This document shows, one piece after another, positions 43,767 to 57,500 of a stretch of DNA of 64,000 nucleotides. The translations under genes and the position numbers were made by a program. Under the pieces are notes generated by a model, which saw only the letters and a list, made by a program, of their open reading frames with translations, ran no database searches and had not been told where the DNA came from. Source of the DNA: Trichinella spiralis (lineage: Eukaryota); the NCBI RefSeq assembly GCF_000181795.1, contig NW_003526941.1, positions 5,309,053 to 5,373,052 on the forward strand. Direction: 5' to 3'. The stretch's first letter is position 1, and every line of letters begins with the position of its first letter.

Positions 43767-46515
43767 AAGCCTTCTTTAACGGCTTTTTGTATTTTTTGAA
43801 GTAAGAAATTGTAGATTTGAAAATGTCTTTTGCTTGAATTCTATGTTGGGATGCTTTTATTTAGAACGCAATAATATTATTTATTACTTACTGCAAGCTC
43901 AGACGGTGAAAAGGTTAAGCAATTTATCCAGTAGTAAAATCGAAACAAATCCACAAAACTGGTATATTTTCTTTTTATTTTTACTTTACATCAACAATTT
44001 TCAATGGGCATTTTCGTCAAGTGAATAGTTTTCCCAATACGCTTGGTACATTTTTGAAAACTATACAGCACAATAACTATAGTTAGCTGTTGTAATTTTA
44101 AGCCGAATTTTTGTTTTTTTATTTATTGAAAAAAATCAATTGTACTATACGAACTGCTGTTAATGGACGAACATGGCATATTTAATTCAATATTAAATGA
44201 TCAAATACTAATTCATACTTTAATATCAGTTGTGTTCTACAGTAATTTGCTCGACAGTAGAAAATTTCAGTGGAAATAATTTTTCAGTAACTGTGAACGT
44301 TTTTCTGACAGTCTGAGTGTTGATCAACGATTTAATTTTATTCTTGAACTTCTTCAGATTGCCTTACTTTTTTTGTTTCAGAATCACTAAAGAAAATGTA
44401 AGCAGTGTGTGTTATTCGCTTTTTCTCCTTTCGAATAATTTTAATTTTATGCAAACAGTTTCTATTTTTATCAGTTGATTTTCATTTCAAGGTTGTTCAC
44501 TTGTATGGTTTCAGTGTAGATTTGTAAGATTTAGTGTAGTATTTTTCAAAAACGAATTCAACGCTCTATTAATAAATTTATTCCGAAATCTTTCCGTTAT
44601 TGAATTTGTTAAACGTAGACTTGCTTGAAGCAGTTGTTGCTTCCATTATGAAATGCTTTTTATTTTCATTTCTCCCTCTGTATTGTTCTGTTATTTTTTT
44701 TGAAAATTTAGAATGCGAAAATACTGTTGATAAAATATTGATATGTTTTGCTTAATTTCATCTTCAAGGAAATTATTAATTCTTTATAAATTGTCTTGCA
44801 ATTAAAATTGGTTTATTTTTAACGTGCTACGTTTTTTGTTTTCCTTTGATACAGCTGTTGATGTATTGCTGTTTGGAATGCAGTTTTCATAAATGTCATA
44901 TTTGACTGCATCATTTCTTAGCATGCTTTTATTTCAACTTGCTCAATGCTTTTTGTCACTGTTATGACGTTGTTTGTTCCTGTTTACTTTTGCATACTAA
45001 TAAGAGCGTTATTGATCTCATTTTCCTTATAGAAATATATTTAATGTATTTTTTTTATTATTTACATTTATCATGTATGTAGAAGGTTAATAAGTGTGAA
45101 ATTTTGAATAAAATAATTCTTTTCTATAACGTTAATGTTGAAATGTATGTGCGTATATTATAATAAGGTAAATGAATTCAGTTGGGAAATTTCACAATTT
45201 TTAGTTATTTGTTTGTTCTAACCATACATAGTTTCTAGTTTGTAGTTTGCTTTTGTTAATTGTAAAATTAATTATGCAAGCGAAATTTTTTTTTTATTTT
45301 ATAACAGTGCCCCCCCCGTTTTTTTTGGGGGGGGGTAAAAACACCCCCCCCTTTTTTTTTCCAAAGTGCAAAAAAAAAATTTACACACGAAACGTTTAAT
45401 AATAAAATCACTTTAGGAGCTTTCCCGGCAATAATTCAATGAAAAATGACCCATCCACCTTGAAATTCCTCCCCGACCACCTGGCTCACATCCCTGCTAA
45501 TCTTTTCTTGAATAATNNNNNNNNNNNNNNNNNNNNNNNNNNNNNNNNNNNNNNNNNNNNNNNNNNNNNNNNNNNNNNNNNNNNNNNNNNNNNNNNNNNN
45601 NNNNNNNNNNNNNNNNNNNNNNNNNNNNNNNNNNNNNNNNNNNNNNNNNNNNNNNNNNNNNNNNNNNNNNNNNNNNNNNNNNNNNNNNNNNNNNNNNNNN
45701 NNNNNNNNNNNNNNNNNNNNNNNNNNNNNNNNNNNNNNNNNNNNNNNNNNNNNNNNNNNNNNNNNNNNNNNNNNNNNNNNNNNNNNNNNNNNNNNNNNNN
45801 NNNNNNNNNNNNNNNNNNNNNNNNNNNNNNNNNNNNNNNNNNNNNNNNNNNNNNNNNNNNNNNNNNNNNNNNNNNNNNNNNNNNNNNNNNNNNNNNNNNN
45901 NNNNNNNNNNNNNNNNNNNNNNNNNNNNNNNNNNNNNNNNNNNNNNNNNNNNNNNNNNNNNNNNNNNNNNNNNNNNNNNNNNNNNNNNNNNNNNNNNNNN
46001 NNNNNNNNNNNNNNNNNNNNNNNNNNNNNNNNNNNNNNNNNNNNNNNNNNNNNNNNNNNNNNNNNNNNNNNNNNNNNNNNNNNNNNNNNNNNNNNNNNNN
46101 NNNNNNNNNNNNNNNNNNNNNNNNNNNNNNNNNNNNNNNNNNNNNNNNNNNNNNNNNNNNNNNNNNNNNNNNNNNNNNNNNNNNNNNNNNNNNNNNNNNN
46201 NNNNNNNNNNNNNNNNNNNNNNNNNNNNNNNNNNNNNNNNNNNNNNNNNNNNNNNNNNNNNNNNNNNNNNNNNNNNNNNNNNNNNNNNNNNNNNNNNNNN
46301 NNNNNNNNNNNNNNNNNNNNNNNNNNNNNNNNNNNNNNNNNNNNNNNNNNNNNNNNNNNNNNNNNNNNNNNNNNNNNNNNNNNNNNNNNNNNNNNNNNNN
46401 NNNNNNNNNNNNNNNNNNNNNNNNNNNNNNNNNNNNNNNNNNNNNNNNNNNNNNNNNNNNNNNNNNNNNNNNNNNNNNNNNNNNNNNNNNNNNNNNNNNN
46501 NNNNNNNNNNNNNNN

Positions 46516-49302
46516 AACTGTCTGTTTGTATGTATGTTACAAAAATTAGGCCCGTGTTAACACCATTTTAAACCGGGGGTTTTGTTTGTTTGTTTGTCTT
46601 TTTTTCTTCCCACTCTTCTCTGGTCTGCAATATATGTGATAGGGAGTGAATGAAAATTTGGACAGTAGGACAGTTTTTCTCTTTTGTACTTATCACAAAC
46701 TATTGTTCAACGTAACCTGCTTTTTCTTTTACATTTCCAATTCAGCTTGGTGGCTCATAAGCACGAGCCTAATTTGAATTTGTGTTTTATTATTTTTTTC
46801 CTCTTTTGATTTGATAAAAATGTTGTGTTAGATTTTTTTTTCTTCTTATAACTTATATTATGTTCGTTCCTTGGCGAAGTATTTTTCGAAAGCTTGTTAT
46901 GATCATTGCTGTTTCCGACTATTACTAGTAGTATTTATTGATTTTTGCCGTTCAACGTCTGGCGTTGGCACTGGTATTGGTGAACATCGTCGTCTGGTCA
47001 CAGGCACAGACTGATCTATCGATATATAGCAGCTACTCAAGTCGACAATTGTCGCAAAATATGGACTGACTGACTGACTGACTGACTGAGTGAGTGAATG
47101 AATGAGATGGGATGAATGAATGAATGAAGAAGGAACGAACGAATGAGAGAATAGCCAGAGTAGAGCAAGCAAGTTAGCTGGCTAACTTGCTGCTGCTATC
47201 TAACTTTGAACTGGTTGGTTGGTGCAGAAGATTGTGAGAATGTAGCGAGCGAAATTGTTGTTGACGCTTTTAACATACGTACAACTTAGATAAACAACAC
47301 TGACTGCTGCTGTCCAGCTAACTGTGAAATTGAATGTTTCTCTGGTGAAATAGATTTTGTCATTTCCTCTCATCAAATTGCTCCTTTCATAACACATGTA
47401 TATATGTATAGATGTGCTGTTAAAATTCAAATTTTCCACTTTTTCCAACGTGAAAATAACACAGCAATATGTAAATATTTTCTTTCAATTTTAATTTAAA
47501 TCAAGCAATTTTGTATCTATTGCAATAGACTGTTTAAATGAAAAAAATATCATTTCAAAGACCAATATGTATTCATAATAATTGGCTGTGTTGTTGTTCT
47601 TGTTGTTGGATTGTTAATTTGCTAATTATAGATCGATTAGTTACAAAGAATACTATTTGTTATAATTTAATTTGAATTCTCCATTTCATATTTTTCTTTT
47701 CTCCTTTATTAGAATGGTAAAGGAAATTGTATGTTTATGTGTGTTTATATAGGTAAAAAAATTGTGTATGTGTTGTGTTAGTTTAGTTGGTTGATGGGTG
47801 GTTAGTTAGTTAGTTAGTCAGTCAGTCGTCAAGCATCGATACTGGCGTGTTGCGCAATTTCCGTGTTGCTGTGCAAACGCCTGTGACGTCGTCTGCTTTT
47901 GTTGTTTATACCGACGACAGTCAAGTCAGTGCAAATGTATTCATGTGAAAGCTGTGAGCTTCAGATGACGTCTTGACAACGGCCGAATCATTTTCATCAA
48001 ATTTCATTTGAAATTTTATTTTAAATGTTATAAACCCATATATGTATATATATATGCGGATGTGGAGAACAGTTTTCAGAAGAAGAATTTGAATGGATTG
48101 ACTTGTGAAAGTTGTTCGATCGAAATTCTGGAAGAGAAAAGCATTAGCTTTTTTATGGGGAAATTGCTGAATTTATGAGAGCAGTAGTAGAGAGAGTCGA
48201 GAAAAATGCACTATCGCGTTGCGTAAAGCGGAGGCGAAAAGAGGAAGAAAAAGAAGCACAGCCTGAAAATCAATGCTTTTGTCGTCGAGCTATTTTTCAC
48301 GCCTTTGTCGCATGCACAGGTTATTTTCCCCAGATGATAGCTGTCTCTTGTTGTTTTTGGCCATCCGATCATACATCTCTGTTTGGCTTTTTCTTCACTT
48401 TGAGAGAATATCTATTTCAGTTGACTGAATTTTTTTTTCTTTCACTTAACATTCAGGGAACAGTTTTCCTAGCTGTTATCAGTATTAGCATTAGCATTAC
48501 TTTTTTTCGTTGTTGTTGTTGTTTGCAATGCATTCAATCTATTCTCCTGTTGGATTTTTTTTCTTTTTTGTAGTTGATCGACAGAACTTCCTTTTTTTCA
48601 TTTTCAGCTTCTACACTCTGACGACATTTCACCGACTTTTTAAATGGCTAGGCTAGAGAAAAACTTCCTCAATAACTTAATGAGAAGGAGGAGGATTGTG
48701 GAAAACTTTTTCTTTTTTTTTCTTATCTCCAGAAAAAAATTTGTTGAAAACTTCGCGTTCATATGTAATTTCATTTCTAGCTCCACGCAACAGTACAGTG
48801 TGATGGTGAATTTGAATAATTACGTGCGTTTGTTTCATTTTTAGCGAATTACTTTGGTCGAGAAATGGCTCGCCACACGGGTCTGCATATACTCCGTCAT
48901 ATTCAGGCATGCCACCAGCCTATGCGAACGGGACCACAATGCTGAATTACAATTCGAATCCTTTGTCCGCTGCAACTGCAAATGTGGCTGGGCCAGTTAG
49001 TGGGTACAGCGGCGATTCGACTGTTGTAAACGGTTCTAAAGCAGTTACTCAGCCAACGCCCAATGTCAATACCTGTTATCCGCCTCAGGATATGGGTGCT
49101 GGTCCGGTACCAGGCCCGTTCAATTCTGCGGCCGCTTCCGTTTACGGGCCTGGCTCAACTGCTGCCGATTTTGGTCCACCAAGCGCGGCTGCACCGCCGG
49201 TTGCTGCTGCTGTCGATCATAATCAATATGCTGCTGCAACCTACCAACATCAGTCTGCTCCGCAGGTTAATAGAAGAAATTTTTTTTGTTGTAAATTCTC
49301 AG
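46516..49302 (+). repeat. Near-identical duplicate of 57718-60511 (ZMIZ intron plus the MPPAYANG exon), bounded by N-gaps
   Basis: Colinear sequence with the same ORFs (48909 vs 60116, 48175 vs 59380, 47200 vs 58393). It differs only by SNPs, microsatellite lengths and read-end indels. Confidence 0.95.
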
Positions 49303-50499
49303 NNNNNNNNNNGTCGTTCGTGTCCAGTGGGTGGAATCCATCTGCACTACAGTCTTTCACGTTTGTAAGATATATATTTTTTTCTTTCGTTTTCTCTGCA
49401 TTTCATATATTGTTGTAATCTGGTAGATATATTTTGTTACAAGCAATTTTGAACATTGTTGTGTATTTTAATAAGCAGATTGTGTATCGACTACAACTCG
49501 GTTGCTGATGGCTGGCTTAGTGTGTTTCAGTAGGTAGATAAGTAGGTGGTTGGATGGGTGGGTGGGGCAGAGGCAGAGACGAAGGTAGAGATTGATGTAC
49601 GTGTTCGTCTGATCCCACAGAGTTGAGATTAATCGCGTGGGCGGTAATGACGAAAATGACGTCATTTTCACTACGCGCTTGTTCCATTGCAACTTGTCGG
49701 TGGGATCTTCTTTAGTTTAATGTTTAAATTTGTTGTTTGGTCGAATCTACTACGGATCGCTAAGAACATTAGCCACCCAAAAAAAAAGTATTTTCAAATT
49801 ATTGTACGAATAATTAATTAGAAAATTAATTATATATGAATGGAGTGAATTTTTAAATTTTCAACAACGGTCAAATTTGAACAATTGCTTTTTAAAAATA
49901 GCGTGATAACAAGCGGACGGACAAAGTGTTGTATGAAAACCAGTTTTGTCGATCGCATCTCTTGTGGCAACAACGCTTGTCTGTTTCAAACGTGCCAATC
50001 GCGTTGGCTGTTCGTTGTCTTTCAAATATCACTTTCTGATGATAGGGCAGTTAATGAATGATATGATTATTATTTAATGTATTGTTTTAATTTTTATTTG
50101 TTTATTTGTGATCAAATTCAATAGCAAATAAGCAACGTTCACAACAGTTTACAACAGAACCGTTGCCGTGTGTTGTTTTTGATCGTTTGCGGTCGCGTGG
50201 CCAAGTAGAAAATTGATTTCCGTCGAGCTAAGCGAACACGCTATTGTTGGCTGGTTGGCCGGCTGGCTGGCTAGCCAGCGATCCTTCTCCTCCTCTTTTT
50301 AACCATCAGACAACGAATGGAAAAGCATTAGTAGCTCTGGTGATTGCTGTCGCCGCTCTGTTTTTCCTTTCAGCTCTGACATTTCATTCGGATTTTCAGC
50401 TAACACTTAGCAGTAGCAGTGTTGTTGACACTTTTTTGCATTTTACTGTTTTTTTGTCTGTAAATTTGCATTTTCTTTGTGGTTTTTTTTGTCTTACCG

Positions 50500-51204
50500 G
50501 TGGTGGTCGATTTGACTAGTCGGCCGGCTTGTTCGATTCGCGTTAGCGCCTAGGCGAGAGAGCACACGTCTGTCGGGGCCGTCTGTTCGCTTCCGCGTCG
50601 TTGTCGTCCGGCCGAGGCCGGTCACTACCACACTTTGTGGTCAAACGGTCAGTGTCGCACAACACAGTCAGTTGTCCATTGTCTGACCGGCCGACGGACG
50701 ACCCTCACGGGTCAGCTCGTGACAAAAAGCGTTCAACGCTGATTGGTCAGAACAGTTGTCGACCAGTGGTCATTTTTCCTATACGACGACCTAGTTTGTT
50801 CGGCTTTTTCTTTTTCTCTCTATTTTCAACGCTTTTTCCAATCTTTCCTCTATTTCGCCTTGTGATCACTTGCCAGTTCAATTGTCACTGTTCTTCTCTA
50901 CGACGATTATTTTAATAAATAAAAACATCGACGCACGTTCCGACGACAAAGAAACTGAAAGAAAGCATTCGCATTACGGCAGCAGCAGCAGCAGTGAACA
51001 ACCAACAATCAACACTTGATCATTTCTTCTTCCTCATTTTTGTCGTCATATTCATCTCTTCATCTGCGTTATCTTCTTCTTCTTCGTATTTTTTAATTTT
51101 TCAAATTTTGTCTTTTTTTTTTAAATATTTCTCCCAAAAAAAATCACGTCCTCAACTTTAGAACTTTCATTGATTTTGTATTATTATTTGCATTTTTATT
51201 GCTA
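50500..51204 (+). promoter_or_regulatory. Putative promoter and non-coding first exon of the ZMIZ gene
   Basis: GC/CpG-rich island in AT-rich surroundings, an inverted CCAAT (gattggtc) near 50741 and a consensus donor gtaagt at 51205. No convincing ORF. Confidence 0.35.
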
Positions 51205-54200
51205 GTAAGTTGGAATTTTTCAATTTTGTTTGTGCATTATTCACTCAAAAATAAGTAGATATCAAATGTAAACTATATAATTCATAATGTATGCGTACAC
51301 ACAGAGAGAGGGAGATTAGTGAGAGTGAAACAGATAATTCGTATGTGAAACTTGGAAAAGATGGAGCAATAAGAAGATGAGGAGGAGGCGGAGGAGCGTA
51401 TACAATGAACAGTAAGTAAGTGAGTGCTTTCAAGGACACCACCGCACGTTTCCTAGGGTCGAATTTTCCGTTTGCTTTTTCCAACTCTTCTATTGTGTCT
51501 GCTCCACAACATCCATGACCTTGTGGTAGCGTGGCCTTTGAAATTTGCAAACCAGATCTATCTTTATTTTTTTTCTGCTTATTTGTTGTTTGGTTGTTGA
51601 TCCGCTTTTTAATAACTCAAGCAATATAATATATTATAATATTTTGCTTGTTGTCAATGGAAATTGTATCCAATATACGGGGGGGGGGGAAGAGAAAGTG
51701 TCTGTGTGGATTTTCAGTTGCTTCTGTTGAAATGTATCCGTATATATAAATTTGGCGCGAATGTTCTTTTTTTCAAACAACTGTGTCGTCGTCGTTGTTA
51801 GCACCGTTCCCTGGAGAGAAAGCGAGAACCGCGTGGCCGACGACTGACCCTCAGCCCAACCTCGTGCCGCGCCACATGCCACAGCAAGTTTCCGTTTGAC
51901 CCGTCTGTAGACGACGAATGGCGTCGTTTGGTCACACCACCACCTGGCTGGTCTGTGTCGATAAGGTCTGAGGTGCCCACATTTTAGCGGCACTCGCGTC
52001 GGAAATTAGCTTCATTAGACCAAAAGATGGGCGGGGTAGATTATACGGTTCAAATTATCTGTAAAAGAGGCAAAACCCACGCGCCGACACGTTTTTTATT
52101 TTAAATTGGGATTCATTTTGATATATATATATACATCACCACATTTACATTTAGGGTTGTCTTCAATTTTGTGTAATTTTTGAAAAAAAAAATTAATAAT
52201 TTTACATTACTTACCTTTTTCCCTAAAAACGATCGAATTTCTTCATCACATCGTCTTATGATGATGATGATGATAACATGCGGAAAAATTTGATTGCTTT
52301 TTAGCCGACTAATCAAAAGCATCGATTCTTTGATTGTTCTTTTGCTTCGTTTTATTTCTGTTATTTTTTCCTCTTCTATTCTCATCTGTTGGTTTTATTG
52401 ATTTTACTCATAATTTTTCTTCCTGTTTTCAAGCAAATAAAAGGGAAAGAAAATTTTCAACATATTATAAATAATGTATGCTTGTTGTTGTTTTTTTTTT
52501 GATTTATTGTTAATTTCTGATCAACATATACATACATACAGTTGTCGACTGAGAATGATTTACTTTGTTGCTGTATATTTGTTTTTATTCCGGAAAAAAA
52601 GTAGAAAAAATTCACAGCTTTTCTTAATTTGTTCAGCTGGCAAAAAAGCAAGCTGAGGAGCACGCATGATCAGCTACTGTACACAATAATCAGTTGTCGT
52701 CATTTGCATTATTGTGGGTCTGGAAAATTGATTCTCTTTTTTCATCTCTTCTGTTAGCCTGGCTTGTGTTTTGTGTATTTATTAATATGCCCGTGTATTT
52801 GTGTCTGTGGAGGTTGACCAATTTTTGATCTGAAAGAGCTTCAGAAAGCTAAGAGAAAATACCATGTGCGCTTGCGTCTTTTGATTGATTCTTATTTGGT
52901 GCCGAAAGATGAGAAAATCAATGACCAAAGGTTGGGAATGGATTGGGCTGAATTTTCCAAAACGCTAATGTTTCTCCTTTTATTATCATACACATATGTA
53001 TATGTATATATATAGTCTACTGTAGCGGTTATTCCTGTGGACGGCTCCAATACTGACCAGATAGATAGATAGATAGATGATGATGATTGGTTTGCTTACC
53101 AGAAATCGATTGACATGCACTTTTATCCAAGACAAAGAAAAACATAAAGAAAATAATAATATTTTTGCATTTCCATTTTTTCCATTCAATTCATTGACAT
53201 TTTTTGTATGTTTGCTCAGTAATTTATTTCTTACTTTGTTACCGGGTCGGCGCCATGATCAAGCTAAGCCGGATGTGGCCTCGTAGCATTTTTTCTATTT
53301 TTCTTTTTTTCGATTGTTTAATGTTATTCCATTTTTATTTCTTTGTCTTCGTATGCTTTTTCGTTTTTTGTTGTTGCTGCTGGTGTCGGTCGTCGTCGTA
53401 TTCTATTGGTCAGTTTTAATCCTACGTTGCACGTGATGATTTAATTGTTGTGCCACTTTGACAGAAATTACTTAATCGTTTTGTCGACACCATTGTCTGC
53501 GCTGTCTGTTCAACATGTTCTTATCATCGTTAATAAGTTGGTAATTCGCTGATTGGTTGGTGACCAGTGGTCATTTTGTGTCTTAACTGGCTAATCACGA
53601 TTTCTGAGCAGTGTGGGGTTCAGTGTGGAATAAGTTTTTCGTCCGTGCGTCCGTGACTTTTTTTTGTCTCTGGTGAAGAAACAGCAACTGCGACCGTCTG
53701 CTTCTACAACACTATCCCCCACTAGTGCATCTCATGTTTGTATTATTGTTTTCTAGTCTGTTGCCGTTTTTATTTTTTTTAAGCTTTATCTGAATTTGAT
53801 GAATAATGACGATGATCTGAAGCTAACTAGGTGGCTAGAGCTAGCTAGATAGCTAGCTAACTAGATGGCTAGCTTTTTCTTTCTTTTTGTTTGTGTGTGC
53901 ATTCGAAGGTAGTTTTAGTTAGTTTGATTGGTTGGTTGGTTTCGTTGTTGGTTAGTTATAGGCTTTATCAGTCGGTCTAGTTGGAGATGCGTGTGTGCAA
54001 CTTGTTGCAAAAATACGCCATGAGCATTGGCAACACAACAACAGCAGTCCGAATCTTCTTCTTGCTGGCCACCTTGTGTGAGATGATCACAGCTTTCGAT
54101 TTGACTTTCTTTTATTGACATCAAATTATTAAACACGCGCACACAAGCAAAGCGACAAGCGTTTTCAACCAGCTGCAACGAACAGCAGAAGTTTTTTTGT

Positions 54201-57200
54201 TGCTTGTTTTTTTTCACTTGATACTTACTTAGCTTACACAGTAGTTAGTTTTGTTGGTCTCTTATTGCGTTATGTGGTTTAGAGAGAGAGAACGTTAGTT
54301 CACTTTGTAATTTTTTCGAGCTTATAAATCATATATTATTAATAATATATATCATCGTTATCCACATTGCTTTAATAGTGCTGATACAATCTGCCTCAAA
54401 GTGAGAAAGAGTTAACTGAGCTAATTGACACACATCAATCAATCACTCTGTACAGTATTTGGTCTGTATTTCTTTTTTCTTTGCTTTTTTACAACACAAT
54501 TTTATCATTGCTTACTAAGCGTGGAAAGGTGTGTATGTATGCAAATTTAGCAAACATCATTTTAAGGAATGAGACATCATCTCACTTTTTCATACTATAT
54601 ATATATATATATATGTATAATAAGAGCTGATGGTTGTTGTTGTTGTTGTTGTTAGTAAACGATTAATTCCGTCAGCCAGTTCAATCAAACGTTAGTTTGC
54701 TGTACGCGTTGGCCTTTTTATTTGCTCTCTCGTTTGCGGGCTTTCAGGCTAGCTTTCAACAACAACAACAACAACCATTACCTACCTCATCATCCTTCTT
54801 AATGGACAGTTCAACGTATAGTTTAGCTTGAATTTTTTTTTCTTACATTGTACTTTTGATCACTTGACCAACATCATCAAAAATGTAAAAATTCATTTGC
54901 CACATTGTTTGTCTGTCATGCTCAGATGGCAGAAATTTGCAGTTACTTTTTCTTTTTCAAATTTAGCTTTTTCACTCACGCTAGAGGTTTTCACATGCAG
55001 GTGATGATTTTTCAAAGCTGCTTGTTCTAGGCTAGGTTGGATGACTTAGTTTGTCGTCTGGCTGGCTAGTTGATGTTGGGTTGCTGCTGAATAATAGCTG
55101 CAACTATATTGCCGTAGCCATCCATTGCTTGCTTACATGCGCACTTGCCTGCTTTGCTTGCTTGCTTGCTTGCTTGCTCGCTCGCTTTCTCGCTTGTTTG
55201 CGCCGATGCTACTGATCAAGTCGGTCAGCAGTCGCAGTCGATTGATATAATAGTAAAGAGATGATAGCTGGCTGGCTGGCTGGCTTGTACGCTTGTGACG
55301 AATTTTTTGCTCCCTCGATAAGTACTGTAGGCAATTTAATGATTATCATGTTTAGAGCGACCCAATATTGTGATATTTATTATACACTCACTCACTCTTC
55401 GTGTTTGCTGTTTGTTTGTTGACTGTTCTGGGCGAATAGTTTCAACACCAATTGGTTGAGCATTTTTTCGTTTGTTATTGTTTCCAAATTGAATTTATTA
55501 ATTTTTAATATAATATCCTTTATCAGTTTAATTTGACAGTTTTTTTTGTTCAAAAATGATCCCATTCGTGTGATATTATAATCGAATTACAACAACCTTT
55601 TAGTCCACTGTTGACATCTTGTTGTTATTGTTGTTTTCACTGTTGCGCTCCCGTTGCACAAAATTAGCCTTGTTAAATAAAACAGTATAATTGAAGTAAT
55701 AATGATAATAATGTTCATTGACTCGATTGTTGTCATTATTGCCTAACAGGCCTAATCGTTGATAAGCTTTTGTTTTAATCAGATTATTATTTGTGATAAG
55801 TGATTTCTGAATCGACGAATGATTGTAGACTAATTATATTTATATATAAAGTAGATGGTATCTACTTTTTTTCTCTTTCTTCTGCTTTACAAACTCTGGT
55901 GCAACATGATAGTTGTCCCTGATGTGTGTAAGTAAGATAGATGTATATTTCGAACTCAGACCTGCGACATTGTTCGCGTTGTTTTCCATCATGGGTCAGT
56001 TGACATAATCCAGAAGCGATCATGTAAAATTTCAATTTTTGAAATTTGAATATTTTCAGTTGTTGATCGTTTGCATGTGTGTGTGTGTGTATGTGTGGAA
56101 GGGGGGGGATGTTGTTGAACAAATTTGGTGGTAGCTGTAGTGCTTGGCAAACACGTGTGTTGCCGTTGTCGTGTGTATCCTTGTGTGTGTGGCAGTGTCG
56201 ATTTTTCTACACAACTCTGCTTTGCTTGTGAAAACAATGTTGCGCGACGTCAGTAATCAACATTTCCAAGTTGTCTTTACAAGCTTATTCTACCTAGCAA
56301 GTAAGCAGGTCCGGTTTATCTTTTGAACGTCGAGAAATGCGTACGGATAGATGGATAGATAGATAGATAGATGAAGAGAGAGAGAGAGAGAGAGAACGGC
56401 ATACTCAGCAGCGTGTATAATAATATTGTCGTCGGTACACTGATGTATGTTGTGGTGGTTGGTGTTCGTTCGATTTCTGCAACGCTTGCACTTTCGCTTG
56501 TCGCCTCTCCTGAAATTCTTCTTGTTTGTTATCCGCTCACAAGATTGACGGGATAATGCAGAAAGTGATTGGTCGACGACGATTGTAGAGAGCAGGGTTT
56601 CACGTAAAATCAATTCTCTGATTTGTTCCTCCTCACCACTGACGCTGTCACTAGCACCAGTTTCGACTATTATTGGTCTCGTTTTGCTCAACCCTCCCCT
56701 TCCCCCTCCACTTCTCCTCCTCTTACCCTGCCTCTTTTATACCATCTATCCATTTCCTCTTCTCTGTGACCATATTGTTTTTCTTTTTGTTGTTATATTT
56801 TTTATTTGAATCTTCCCATATTCTTCTTCATTTCAAATATTGATTTTTTATTAGCATTCAGGTATCTCGAATTTTATGCTAATGCAATTATGTTGTTAAT
56901 GTTAATTTTGTCGTTGTTCCAGTAATTAAAATAATAAATAAACAAAGTGGAATAAATTTACCGCGATCGCGTCTGTTTTATCATCATCACAAGTAGAATA
57001 TACCTCTTAGGATGATGGCCGTTTTCTAATTTGTCTGCTTCTGATGCTGCTGCTGCTGCTGCTGCTGTGTGGCGCGACGACGTGCCGCGCTAGATCGCGT
57101 TTCCGAAACAATTTTGCGCGTCATTGGCCGATCGCGTTCAATTTGTTGTTTACATTTTCCAATTCTCGGCTTTCGCTCGCTTGTTTGTTTATTTGTTTAT

Positions 57201-57500
57201 TTGTTTGTTACTTTTTCGACAAACCGAAGCATAAATATAAATATTATGTGCTGCTTTTTTAGTCATGCGCCGCCGTTACGGGCTGTGGATGTTGTTTTGT
57301 CAACGTTGATCGTTGTTGATTAGCAAGCAAGAGAGAGAGAGAGAGAAAGAGAAAGAGAGGTAGAGTAATAACATCCTCGAAGCTCGGCGGCCGTTGTACA
57401 GAAGAGTGCAAAAAGCATAAATATTAAAGCTTTCTTCAAAATAAGTAAATCCAAACTGCACAGAAAGCAGCATCGTTCTGCTGGCAGAACTGTGTCTGCG

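Noticed and set aside
45300..45516. Homopolymer C/T/G runs with apparent hairpin symmetry
   Set aside because: Directly precedes a gap and looks like low-quality read-end sequence.
45439..46560. 373-aa ORF (and ORFs at 37295-37631)
   Set aside because: Made almost entirely of N-gap codons.
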